From: Vicugna vicugna
Lineage: Eukaryota
Reading direction: 5' to 3'
DNA: 64,000 nucleotides
NCBI GenBank assembly: GCA_013265495.1
Contig: MU059953.1
Location: forward strand, 4,116,501-4,180,500
Shown: positions 44,481-55,495 of the stretch, piece after piece
Layout: each line of letters starts with the position of its first letter
Numbering within the stretch: the stretch's first letter is position 1
Notes under the pieces: model-generated
Told to the model about the DNA's origin: nothing
Seen by the model: the letters and a program-made list of their open reading frames with translations, nothing else
Databases searched by the model: none
Program-made: the position numbers and the translations under genes

Positions 44481-47400
44481 GGGGGCGATGGGATATGCAG
44501 TGTCGCAAGCTGGGACCTGGGCAGACTTGGGTTTCCTCCTTGGTAAAGTGGGCACAAAACCGCTTAGCTTGGGGGCAAGATCCAGGAGGTCTGGACGCCG
44601 CCCCACTGCACAGCCAGGCGTTGTACGGGCCAGCCTTGGCCTTGCCTTTCTGAGTAGTTCTTTGGTGTTAAAGCAAAGTTCTACCAGACCAGGCAGAATG
44701 CCTTTTCTTTGGGGACTCCTAAATTGGGAAGTAAGTTCAACCACCCCACCCCACTCCACCCCTGCCTCCAATCTATTTGGTGCAATTCTTTCTGAAAACC
44801 AAAAACTGCCTTCCTGTGGGGGGCGGGAGGTGCAGGGCCCCCAGTGATGTATGATTTCTGGCCGTGGATGGTGATATATAGCTCTGCCCTGCTCCGTCCT
44901 TCTCAGTGCTCCAGAAAAGGGTGGTCAGGTTGGGGGAGGCCAGGGGACTGGGGCCCTCAGAGGAGCCCTCAGTGTGGGTGGACCCCTTCAGACAGGGAGA
45001 TTAGGGCTGCCAGGGAAGGTGCTTCCCATTTCTTTTATTCTGAAGATGCCAGTGTGCAGGGCAGAGGGCCTGGCCTCACTGGAGCCTCAGGCCTGCATCT
45101 CTGCTCTCCGCATCACACTGGAACCACGATGGCCCCACTGCAAGATGCCTGCTCTGAGGTCAGGCACTGGTGGCAGCCAGCCCTCTGGGCTCCCTGGGAG
45201 GGGCCTCTCCGAAGCTCTGTTCCCATCACCTCAGCCACTTCCCAGGGCAGCAAACCCTACCCAGACAGCCAACCACGTCCCCAGGGTGGGGGTGGGGGCA
45301 CAGTTGTCACATGTTGGACTGTGGTGGCCAGGAAGCAGACGGGGCTCTAGGAGACCCTCTTGGGAGACCCTCTTTGGAGTCCAAGGCGGCCCCAGAGGCT
45401 ACCTGGATCCTTTCTAAGAGCCGCTGGAGACCTCAGTCGGCCAGGGTAGTTGTCAGACACCCACCCACACTACTGTGGCCATCTCCCAGCCTGCCAGACC
45501 CACGTGGTTCCACCGGTTTCTGTTCCGCAAACCATACTGGGGTCCGAGTCCATCCGTAGGCTACTGGTCCAGCAGGGAGGGTCAGCTAAGGCACTCCATC
45601 CAGCCCATGTAGAATCCTCTTGCCTCATGTTTCCACTGATGGCAACGTGAGGCTGTGAAGTGGGATCACAGGTCCTGGTGTCTGTGGAGAGGAACCAGTG
45701 GGGCGGAGCCTCACAGGGTCTACCACCTGGGGGCTGTCGGGGAGCCTTGGGTACTCTGAGACCTCTCCGTCCAGCTAGGTTCCTCCATCACAGAAGCCCT
45801 CATCCTCCACACAACAGCACACCGGCTTCCTATGGCAGGCCCCAGATCCCTGCAGAGTGGCTAGGAGACCACTGGGCCTGTCTCTGACAAAAGGGCCTGG
45901 CCGGCGCCAGGATCCCAGGGTCCTTCCATCAGCCACTGGAGTCAGCACCCATGACCTCATCTAAGTCCTCTTGAGCCAGTCTGCTTCCCAGCTGGCAGCC
46001 TTGCCTGGAGCCCAGACTGTTCGAGGCCCACTGCTCAGAGGGCCAAAGGCCTCGCCCTGGAAGGCACCTCCTGGAATTTTCTCGGTATTGGGACTGGTCA
46101 GAATGCAGCGCGCAGGGGAATGGATATTTCTGGAACCATCACTGTCTTGGCTTGAAGTTCTGAGGAAGATGAGTGGTGTCACACCCTGTACAGGGGCCTT
46201 GAGTCATGATATCTCAGTGCTGGACCCCCCCCCGATCCCCTTAACAGCCCAGGATGTAAGCCTCAGCAGCTCTGAGGGCTGAAATTGGCTTCCCTGGAAC
46301 TTTGGGCCGTGGGGGTCGGTCAGAGGGTCTGCTGGTAGCTGGGGGTCCCATGGGTGCCAGTGGTCTGATCCTCTGACTCCCAGGAAGGTGCATTCACTGC
46401 AGCTCGAGGGGAGGGAGGCTGGAAGAGGCCGGTGGCCCAGCAGTGCCGATTCCCTCCTGCTCTGAAGCTCTGCACCCAGTCTTCCTCCACCCACGTCCAG
46501 GGTCCTCCTCTCCCACAAAGGCCAGGCCGTAGAGGGTGGCCTGTTCCCCAGGAGTCGTCCTCTGCGCGCCAGGAGGAAGGGCTTGGGGGCCGGGGCTGTG
46601 CTGCCTTGGAGGCCACTGCTGTTGACAATGTCAGAGCCCTCCTGCGAAGTGTTGTTTGCTCTGCGGTTCGCACCAGGAAGGCAAACCGACCTGCTGGCCG
46701 GCTGTGTTCCAGGAGCCCAGCATCCAGAGAGCGCACAGCATCGACCCCCGAGATGCCTGGATGCTCTTTGTTAGGCAGAGTGACAGGGGCGTCAACAGCA
46801 AGAGGGGGAGCAGAGGCAAGGCCAGGAAGTTGAAGGTGAGCACAACCGCGGGCAGTGCGTGCACGCGTCCTGGGGGAGCACACCTGTGGGCCTCCACTTG
46901 CCGGTCTTTCCCCAAAAGCCCCATCTGCCACCGTTGCCCCACTGGACACCCTGAGCATTTCCAGCAAGCACAGACCCTCGCCCTCAGGTCAGAGAGCACA
47001 GGTGTCAAGCCGGGGCCCGGGTGACCCTGAGTTTGGGGGCTGTTCCAACCATTTGCCCTGTGGCCCTAGAATGTCAGCCAGTCCCATTTGCTCCCCCCCT
47101 CCCCTTTCTCTGCCCTCTGCATCCTGGTATAGGAGGCCCGGGCTGGCTTGGTAGGGCAGTCAGGGATCAAGCTGGAGGGGCCTCCAGGTGGGCTGGAGGG
47201 ATACAGTCTGGTTCCTAGACGCTGGGGGTCACCTGGGCCCTGGCAGCTGCTGATTCCCAATCTCAGTCAGCCTGGACAGTGACCTGGCTCCTGGTCCTGA
47301 TGGCTGACTCTTGTCTTGAGCCCCAAAGAAGGCCGTGTTCCCCAGGGTGGGGAGCTCTGGTCAGGGCTGGGCTACCTGCATTGAGTTCAGGCCTCACCCT

Positions 47401-50400
47401 GCCCAGATCTGACCCAGTGATGGAGTGCCAGGCTCTGAGCCTGAGCAACTGGGCTACTGGGCTGTCACCATGGCCTGACCCATCACCCTCGTCCCTCTGA
47501 GCCACCTGGCCCCGCCCCCAGCTGAGTTGATGCTCCCCCATTCTCCCTGCAGGGGACTTCCTTGTTTCTATGTTGGGTCCCAGCCCAGCCTCACAGGGAC
47601 TCCTTGAGGACCCCAGGACCCAGTGCTGGGCCAGGCACAGGGAGAATTTGCCCACTGGTACACTGCCAGACCTTGAGACTTGAAAGCAGCCTGGAGGGTC
47701 CCTCCCTCCTACTTTCCCTCCATCAGGAATCCCAGCCCCAGGGGTGAGCTGCAGCCCTCTGCTTCCCTGCACATGCCCTTTCCAGTCCCTGGCCCTGATC
47801 CGAGGGGTCCCAACACCCCAGCCGGCCCTGTGCCTCCAGCACAGCCCAGTCCTCTCTACACCAGGGCCTGGCAGCTTTCACTGTCTTCTCAGGGCATTCT
47901 GAGGCCCCAGAGGCTGATCTCCAGCTGGGAGGTCAAAGTGGGAGGTCAAAGTAGGAGCTCCCTGCCTTCCTTAGTGGCAGGCGCTTGCCAAGGGGGTGCC
48001 TGCGGGTCCCAGCTGGCCTGTTCAGATGTCCTCACCGTCAAGGTTCTCTTTCAGCTCGGCCTGCCGGGGCCCCCAGGGCCCCCTGGCCCCCAGGGCCCTC
48101 CAGGCCCCATCATCCCCCCTGAGGTACTGCTCAAGGAGTTCCAGCTGCTGCTGAAAGGTAGGGGGTGCGCAACCAGGCAGACACACACACCCCTGGTGTG
48201 AGCAGGGCTGGGGAGGGTGACCCAGAGGACCCGAGATGGACTAGACCTTGGTCTGTTGACCAGTGTCCAAGGAAGCCCCTGCTCTGCTGCTGGGCTCGGG
48301 GGCCGCCTGGCTAGTCTGGGTCAGGGGCTGCGGGTGGGAGGAGTGGGGCGAGGAGGCTTCCCAGAGGACGTGGACTTGGCCACTCAGTGTTCAGTAGGTG
48401 CCTGGGGACCACCATCCATCCCCCACCTGGGAGTCAGGTGGGCCTAGGAAAGGCTGAGAAATCCAAACCCTGCCCCCTGAGTGGGGAGGGGTCAGGGCTC
48501 CTTCACTTGCAAAGGGCTCCTCTGATCCCTACCGACACCCACCAGGGAGATGGGAGGCTCACCCTGGGTAACAGCCTCCATAACCTCTGCCCCTGCCTCT
48601 TCCCCTGCCGAATCTCAGCTGCTGTCTACAGAGCCCCATGGGAGGCACCAGGAGGCTGCCGTCCGGGCACAGGGAGGATAGTGTCTGAGGGCAGCACAGG
48701 GTGGAGCCCAGCCTGGCATCCCCAGGTCACTGCCCTGCCCAGGCTGGGGCAGCTGAGCTGAGTGGTAGCACCGCGGGACGGCCCTGCGCTGTGGCCAGCG
48801 GCTGAGCAGTTACTAGGGTCAATTTCACTATGAAGAGCTATTGAGAGTCTTTTCCCTCTTGGATTTGATGTACTGTCCATTTAAATAGACCCCCTGCAGC
48901 GGCTGAGGAACCTCTGTATTATTTCCAGTATAGCTGCAATAACTATTTACACCCAACTTCCTTCCAGACTCGACCAGGATGGCTTACACTATTGCATTCT
49001 CTGATACAGTAGAAGTGTAAACAGAGAAAACACAGCAGCGGGAAAGGGGAGGCGGGGGTAGGATAGAGCGGTGAGGCAGGAGAACAAGGGCCCTGGGTGT
49101 GAATCAGCCCTGAGCTCCCCGGTAGCCAAAGCATGAAAGGGAACATGAGCAGCTGCAGGATCTGGAAGCAATTTCCGCAGGCCCTGCAGGCCGACCGGGT
49201 CTCGCGCGGATTCTGGATGCGTGCGCCCGGCGCGCGGGCCAGGTGTGACTGGTAATCAGCGCTCAGAAGGGCCGGGCGTGGGGAGTGGGTCCGGGACACG
49301 GAAAGGGGCTAGCCGGGCGCTCCCGGCGCGGCCACCGTTCGCTCTGTTCCAGGCGCGGTGCGCAAGCGCGAGTGCGCGGAGCCCGAGGTCTGCGCGCGCA
49401 GCCCCACCCGGGTCCCCGCCGCCCCCCGGGAGGAGGAAGAGGAGGAGGCGGCGGCGGCGGCGGCGGGGGGCGCGGGCCTGCTGGCCCTGCTGGCCGCACC
49501 CCTAGCCCCTGGCCCGCGGGCGCCGCGCGTCGAGGCCGCCTTCCACTGCCGCCTGCGTCGGGACGCGTCGGTGGAGCGGCGCGCGCTGCATGAGCTCGGC
49601 GTCTACTACCTGGTGAGGCCGGGCCGGGCCGGGCCGGGCCGGGCGGGGCGGCGCGGCGGGGCTGGGGTGACCGTCCGACCGTCCCGCCGTAGCCCGACAC
49701 CGAGGGCGCCTTCCGCCGCGGCCCGGGCCTGAACCTGACCAGCGGCCAGTACACAGCGCCCGTCGCCGGCTTCTACGCGCTCACCGCCACGCTGCACGTG
49801 GGTGAGGCCCGGCCCGCGGTGGGGGGCGAGGTGTGGGGGCGCCCCGCCGCGCTCGACTCCCGTGGGCCCGTGACCACCACCCGCGCCTCCTCTGCAGCGC
49901 TCGCGGAGCAGCCGAGGCGGGGGCCACCACGTCCCCGGGACCGCCTGCGCCTGCTCATCTGCATCCAGTCCCGATGCCAGCACAACGCGTGAGTGGACGT
50001 GCTCACTCCCCCGGGGCTTCCCGCGCCTACTGTCAAGTGTTCGTCCCCAACCCTCAGCGCACACTCCCCTATTCCTACCCCGGACATGGCCCTGGCCCTC
50101 CCCAGCCTCCCCCTCTGCCCACCCCAACAGGGGACTGACTCCCATTTGGAGACCTGGGGCGCCAGCATCACGTCCTCAGAGACCTTTCCTGGCCAGTCTG
50201 TGCGGCCCCTCCCCAGGCACTCACCCGCCCCTCTGGGTGAAATTCATGCGTGTGATCTTGTCCATTTTCCCGTGGCACACTGGTTCCGAAGGCACCCGCT
50301 TCCCACTCTATCCCGGCACAGAGCTGGTGTCCCGCAGGAGTTGCAGAAGAACGAATGAAGTTCAAAACTTTCCACTCTGGTTTGCAAAGCCCTCCATGGA

Positions 50401-52156
50401 ATAGTCTGAACCCAGTCTCACTGCTGCCACCACCCCCACCCCCGCTTTGCTGACCAGCGTTTTGGTTCCCATCAGAGCCAGGACTTGCTATCCCGGGCTT
50501 TGGCCCAGGCCTGCCTTTCCTGGCCCTTGTGGCACACCTTCGGCTCTGTGGACTGACCTTTCTGCTCTTGGGGACCCAGTTCAGATGCATCTCCACCAGA
50601 AGACCCGGCCAGGATAGCCCTTCCCATGGCACTTTGCTGGGTGTCGGTTCCTGGGGTGATTGTGAGCACGTGGTGGGTGGAGTTGGTGGGTTTGGGGCAA
50701 AGGTCTCTGGCCGACCCTCTTTCTGTTGGCCACAGCTCCCTGGAGGCTGTCACAGGGCTGGAGAGCAGCAGTGAGCTCTTCACCGTCTCGGTAAACGGTG
50801 TCCTGTACCTGCAGGTGTGTGCGGTGGGCTCAGCCGTGGGGGGGCCTGGGCGGGGAGGGGTGCTGGTGGGTGCTCAGGAGCTCTGGGGGCAGTGCCCTCA
50901 GCCTCCAGTCCATTTGCGCTAGTCCGAGGGAACCAGGCCGTGACCTTTCCCCATCCTTCCCCCATCCATGGCTCTGTCCCCAGACTCCTGTCCTCAGCAA
51001 CCACTCTGTGCCTCAGTCTCTTGTTTTCAGACCTCCCGAGTCCCACTGTGAGGACTGGCGCTCTTGGCTGCAACAGGCCCTTGGGAGGGACCCAGCGGGC
51101 AGGGGAGGGGCGGGGTGTTGGCAAGAGGTCAGCTCCATGCCCCAGGGTGACATCACAACCCCCTTGGCCCATTGAGACTGCAGGAAGCAGATGCAGTTAT
51201 GTCCTACACACAACCGCAAACGACAGTCTCCTTCTGGAACTGTGGGGATTTGGGCAAGTGCTTGAGCAATTGATGAAAGGTGGAATTTCGTTAAAAAAAA
51301 AAACTTTAGGTGCAGATGTGTGGAGTAACAGCTCACATGTAAGAGCAGTAACTGGGCCAGGCCTGTTCTCAGCTCTGTACATAGATTACCCACTGAATTC
51401 TCACAGCGCTTTGAGGTCGGTTACTATCCCCATTTACAGATAAGGGAACTAAGGCACAGAAGGAGCAAGTAATTTGCCCAAGTGCACACAGCAAAGACAG
51501 GGTTGGAGGCCAGGCTGTGGCTCCAGGCAGCCCTGGTTGCTGAAAGGCGTTTGAAGGGCTGGTCCCAGGCACTGCTGCGTGAACTCAGATGGCACACGGT
51601 GCGCCTGGGGTCTTAAGATGTGAATCCCCAGATTCTGTGTTTCTGGGAACTCCCAGGGGATGTGACCCACTGGTGTCTGGACCCACTTGGAGCAGCCAGG
51701 CCAGAGCACTGGCCCCTCGATGGCTCTACCAAATGGGTCAGTGGCCCGGCCTGTGGGGGATGGGGCACCCTCACCCCTGAGTTCAGAACTCGGGCTTTAA
51801 GTGCAGCAGAGAGCTGCTTGACTTTGAAGCCCACTCTGGCCCTGGGCAGAGGCTTGCTTCCACACATGAACTCCAGGGAGCCCATCCGCGCAGGGGGGCT
51901 AATGGAGCTGGGGAGAAAGTACTGGAGTAGGGGTCAGAGGCACGGGGTGTGAGGGTGGGGCCCCTGGGCAGGGCTGGGTGGGCCTGGGTGTGTGCGCTCA
52001 TTCGTGGGCGCACCTGCGGGCTGGCAGCATCCGGGCTGACTCTGACCTTCCCTGCAGACGGGGCAGTACACCTCCGTCTTCCTGGACAACGCCAGCGGCT
52101 CCTCCCTCACAGTGCGCAGTGGCTCCCACTTCAGCGGTGTCCTCCTCGGCGTGTGA
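44191..52156 (+). CDS. ERFE: Erythroferrone (myonectin, CTRP15, FAM132B), 342 aa; join(44191..44355,46713..46835,48055..48157,49353..49612,49693..49801,49898..49988,50736..50814,52058..52156)
   Basis: Signal-peptide-like N-terminus, [18 protein letters not shown], short collagen stretch [18 protein letters not shown], and a C1q/TNF-like domain ending [10 protein letters not shown]-stop; 1029 nt in frame. Confidence 0.96.
46713..46835 (+). CDS. ERFE: ERFE exon 2 (BMP-binding N-terminal segment)
   Basis: ttccag acceptor; [41 protein letters not shown]; donor GTGAGC. Confidence 0.95.
48055..48157 (+). CDS. ERFE: ERFE exon 3 (collagen-like)
   Basis: tttcag acceptor; [34 protein letters not shown]; donor GTAGGG. 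Confidence 0.95.
49353..49612 (+). CDS. ERFE: ERFE exon 4
   Basis: ttccag acceptor; [13 protein letters not shown]...[14 protein letters not shown]...[25 protein letters not shown]; donor GTGAGG. Confidence 0.93.
49693..49801 (+). CDS. ERFE: ERFE exon 5
   Basis: ccgtag acceptor; [36 protein letters not shown]; donor GTGAGG. Confidence 0.94.
49898..49988 (+). CDS. ERFE: ERFE exon 6
   Basis: ctgcag acceptor; [29 protein letters not shown]; donor GTGAGT. Confidence 0.94.
50736..50814 (+). CDS. ERFE: ERFE exon 7
   Basis: cacag acceptor; [26 protein letters not shown]; donor GTGTGT. Confidence 0.94.
51350..51530 (-). mobile_element. MIR fragment
   Basis: CCCCATTTACAGATAAGGGAACTAAGGCACAGA...TAATTTGCCCAAG. 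Confidence 0.65.
52058..52156 (+). CDS. ERFE: ERFE exon 8 coding part
   Basis: ctgcag acceptor; [35 protein letters not shown]. Confidence 0.95.
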   Translation, partial: TGQYTSVFLDNASGSSLTVRSGSHFSGVLLGV

Positions 52157-54163
52157 CTGGCCCCAGGCCCTTCCTCTCGCCGGGCAAATGGTGCAGGAGT
52201 GTGAACAATCTCGGGGCAGTGTCGGAGTGACGGGCCACATGCAGGAGGAAGCCGACTGGAACTGCCCACACCAGCCACTGCAGGCTGCCCGGGGAGGTGA
52301 CGTACAAACCCGCAGCCCCAGAACTGGAAATGACTTCAGGATTCCAGCTTTCAAAAGGGAAAAGCCCTCCTGGGCTGTCATTCAGGAGATGTTTCAGCGT
52401 GCCCAGGAGAACTGGCTCTGCCCCTCCTGGCCCCATTGGGCAACTTGCGCAGGCAGCCTCAGCCTTGTTGCTGTGGCCCCGCCCCACCTTTTCCATCTTA
52501 AGTGTTCTCATGGGCTGCCTGCTGGGAGTGCCAGCCTGGAGGGGAGAGGGTGCTCAGCCTGCCCAGGTGCCCTGAGTGGAGGAGGGGCAGCCTGCGCAGG
52601 GCTGAAGGCCACCCTGCTCCACGGAGAGCGAGGCGAATGGCCTGACTGGCTTGGGCCGCAGCCTTCCCACTGCTCCCTCATCTCCACCTGGGGCTCCCTG
52701 GTCCCCACCTGCCCCTCTCCCAGTCACGCCTTTCGCCTGTCATGGGCCTCAGGGCACTGCTTGGTCTGCAGGACTATCCTTGTGGTCCCTGAGCATAGCA
52801 GCCTCAGGCCCTGGAGAGACACTGGATGGGGGCTGATGGGGCTCTGGTGAGATCTGGACCCCGGCATTTCCACGGGAGCTGCAGCCTCCTCTCCTGCGCA
52901 GATCCTTGCCTAGACAAAGTTCGTTGTCCCATTCCCCCCGAGGCGCTGGCTCACTGCTAGAACCCACCAACCAGATGGAAGAGCTGGAGCATCCTTGCAG
53001 ATTAGGGAGGGCCAGGCCCTGCCCACCCATCTGAACAGCAGGGCTTCCCACAGGCAGACAGCTACTTGGGGCCCGGCCGTGGCCTAGCTGGGTCCTCCAG
53101 CTCTGGTGTCCTTCAAAGCATCTTCTCCACTTGGGTGGACATGTGGCCCTGAGCTCAGCTGGGTGGAGAGGATGCCAAAAAAAGAGCTGGTCTTGGGGAG
53201 GTTGGGTTCTAAGTCTTCCACACTCCTGTAGCAGTGATGGGGGGCATTCTGTTCCTGAGAAGACAAGGGTGTCTGCCTGCGGCACTTTGGGAGTTTCTGC
53301 CATTTCCTCCAAGATGCAGGGCCCCCCAGTGCCTGCTGAGGTTACCGCAACCCCTGTCCCTACACACACCAGGCTACGGGAATGTGGTGGCCTGAGGGCC
53401 ACACTGGTCTTGCAAGGGCGTCTTCAGGCCTGGGGGAGAAGGGGGCATTGGCTGCCATCACCTTCCACCTTAACCTTGGGGCGAGCCGGTGCCTGATGGT
53501 CCCCCCAGGAGCCCTAAGCATCCAGCCCCACAGTCGGCATCCGACATCGCCCAGCTGGGGGACCCTGGGCACAGTGCCTTTTGGCAGGCCTGGCACAGTT
53601 CTCAGTAGGGCTCCCACCCACCCTACCAGGAAGTGCCAGCTGGCCGGCGCCCTGCCTCCCCAGGCTCTTTGATAAGGGTGGTGTGGCCACACCCTTTTCT
53701 GGATTTCACTTTGTATCCAGTGGGCACAGATATTTTAGAGAAGCTATCTTTTACCCTTGAAAAAGCCACAGATCTTTCACTTTCTCAATATAAGTGTGTT
53801 ATATAGCAATTTATCGAAGTATTTATTGTGTAATATTGCCAGGTGGAATATTTTTATATACACGTATAAAACTGACTTTGTGAATTATTTTATGTGATTA
53901 TACAAAGTTACAAAAGGCAGACCTTAAAACAGACTCTTAAGTCATTTAGGCCCAGCTAAGGGGGGAGGCATGAACTCTGGGAGAGGGGGCAGGAGGATGG
54001 CCGCCAGCCTGTGGGGACCCTCGCCCCACAGAAGGTGGCAGGGGAGGGCCTCGCCAGGGAGCCTGGCGCCAAGCCTCTCCCACCTCTGGGACAGCAGCGC
54101 TCGGGGAACTAGGGACACGTGAGTCAGACTGATGCCTGGTTTCCTGTAGTGAGATGTTTACTG

Positions 54164-54169
54164 AATAAA
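54164..54169 (+). terminator. ERFE: ERFE polyadenylation signal (3' UTR about 2 kb)
   Basis: AATAAA downstream of an AT-rich UTR block, followed by T/GT-rich sequence. Confidence 0.65.
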
Positions 54170-55247
54170 TTGTTCCCCCCAATTCTGAGATGCTGGGGTT
54201 CTTTTCTCCAGTGATGCCACGCTGTGTGCATGGTCCCAGGCCTCAGCAGAGATGGCACCTGGCTCTTAACAGCCCGGGAAAGGGTGTGCTGGAAGCGATT
54301 CCGACGTACTCGCAGGACACCAGTCCCGCTGACAGCTCGACGCGATAAGGCCGTGCGTGTGGGCCGGGTGGGGCCGCAAACATGACAGAGCAGCTTCAGA
54401 AACCGACTTTCAGACTCTTACATCACCCTGAGGCAAGCCTTTACACAGAGAGACCTCACAGCTGCCTTGCCAAGAACCGCCGCGATGCCAGTGGCCTACT
54501 TCATACATAAGTAAGGGCTTGGAAAGCATTTTGAAGTTTGTCATTGGGTAGGCTAACCACATTTTTAACATCTTTGACAGAAGAGTCACTGTGGCGATCA
54601 GCCTCAGTCCAGCACAGAACCAACCACACACAGCCCTAACCCAGAAGCTGGATTTCAGAGGCCTCAGCGCACAGGAGCCTGACTGTTCAAACCTGGGAAG
54701 GGTGCATTTTACACCCAGGGGCTGTGAGACCTAGTAATACCAGCCCTCCGCTGAGTCCCTCAGCCAGATGGCACCTGCCAGTAACAGACGCAGAAATAAG
54801 CTGAATTCTGTGGTGCTTCCGGAGAGCCCACTGGACACCCCACTCCAGAGCAGTAACCTTGCCCGTCAGTCTGTCCTCTGGGCTGAGCCTGGACCACGCT
54901 ACGTCACGTCTTAGAACCTCACTTCTGTGTGGAAACAAAGCAGCCAGAGCGCCCCAGTCGCCCTGGGTTCTGGCCTGGTCTAAGCCAGGTATCACCTCGC
55001 ACCCCTCCGTGGAAACTGCCACTTCCCCAGCCGGCTGTCCTGGGGGTGACACAGCCCAGGTCGGGTGCCTGTAAAACAGAGCAGGGCACAGGAGCAGGCA
55101 GCCCCCGGGCCAGTACTCCTGGCCGGTCCACGATGTGTGTAATGCTTTTCACAAGGAAAGCTTTCAGCACAGTCAAAAGCAAACCACCTCTGACGGGTCC
55201 AGAGTTGCTCAAAACGTAGTAACTCAAAGTCTAGAAAAAAAGAAACC

Positions 55248-55253
55248 TTTATT
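55248..55253 (-). terminator. ILKAP: ILKAP polyadenylation signal
   Basis: TTTATT on the plus strand, about 100 nt past the ILKAP stop. Confidence 0.8.
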
Positions 55254-55354
55254 TACAAGCATGGGGGTCCCATAGGAGCACATGGAACACACATAATGTG
55301 CACAACACACAAAATGAACCTTGAAGTCGAACTGGTGCCGGGCGGCCGCAGGCC

Positions 55355-55495
55355 TCAGTGGCCTATCTGCACCACCATCACCGTCACGTTGTCTGCCGAG
55401 CCCCGCTGCACCGCCTTGTTGGCCAGCCTGTTGCAGGCGGCTTCGTAGCGGGCGTCTGCTGTGGGCTTCCCTTCCCGGCTCTGGATCTTCTCATC
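55355..55495 (-). CDS. ILKAP: ILKAP last coding exon
   Basis: [49 protein letters not shown]; AG at 55497-55496. Confidence 0.95.
   Translation of the reverse strand, partial: DEKIQSREGKPTADARYEAACNRLANKAVQRGSADNVTVMVVQIGH

Larger units (their letters stand above)
49180..50030. promoter_or_regulatory. Intragenic CpG island over ERFE exons 4-6
   Basis: Very high GC and CpG density; bounds approximate. Confidence 0.75.

Noticed and set aside
43356-44481. Several 150-230 aa ORFs on both strands over the ERFE promoter
   Set aside because: Expected in a stop-poor CpG island; only 44191-44355 matches a known protein
43000-46712. Canonical STAT5 site TTCN3GAA explaining EPO induction of ERFE
   Set aside because: By eye I found only N4-spaced variants (e.g. 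TTCCCGAGAA near 43711); not exhaustive, a motif scan is needed
52157-54220. Iron-responsive element (CAGUGN hairpin) in the ERFE 3' UTR
   Set aside because: The CAGTGN sites I checked by eye (near 52217, 53220, 53327, 53574, 53718, 54208) lack the paired 5-bp upper stem; a SIREs scan would settle it
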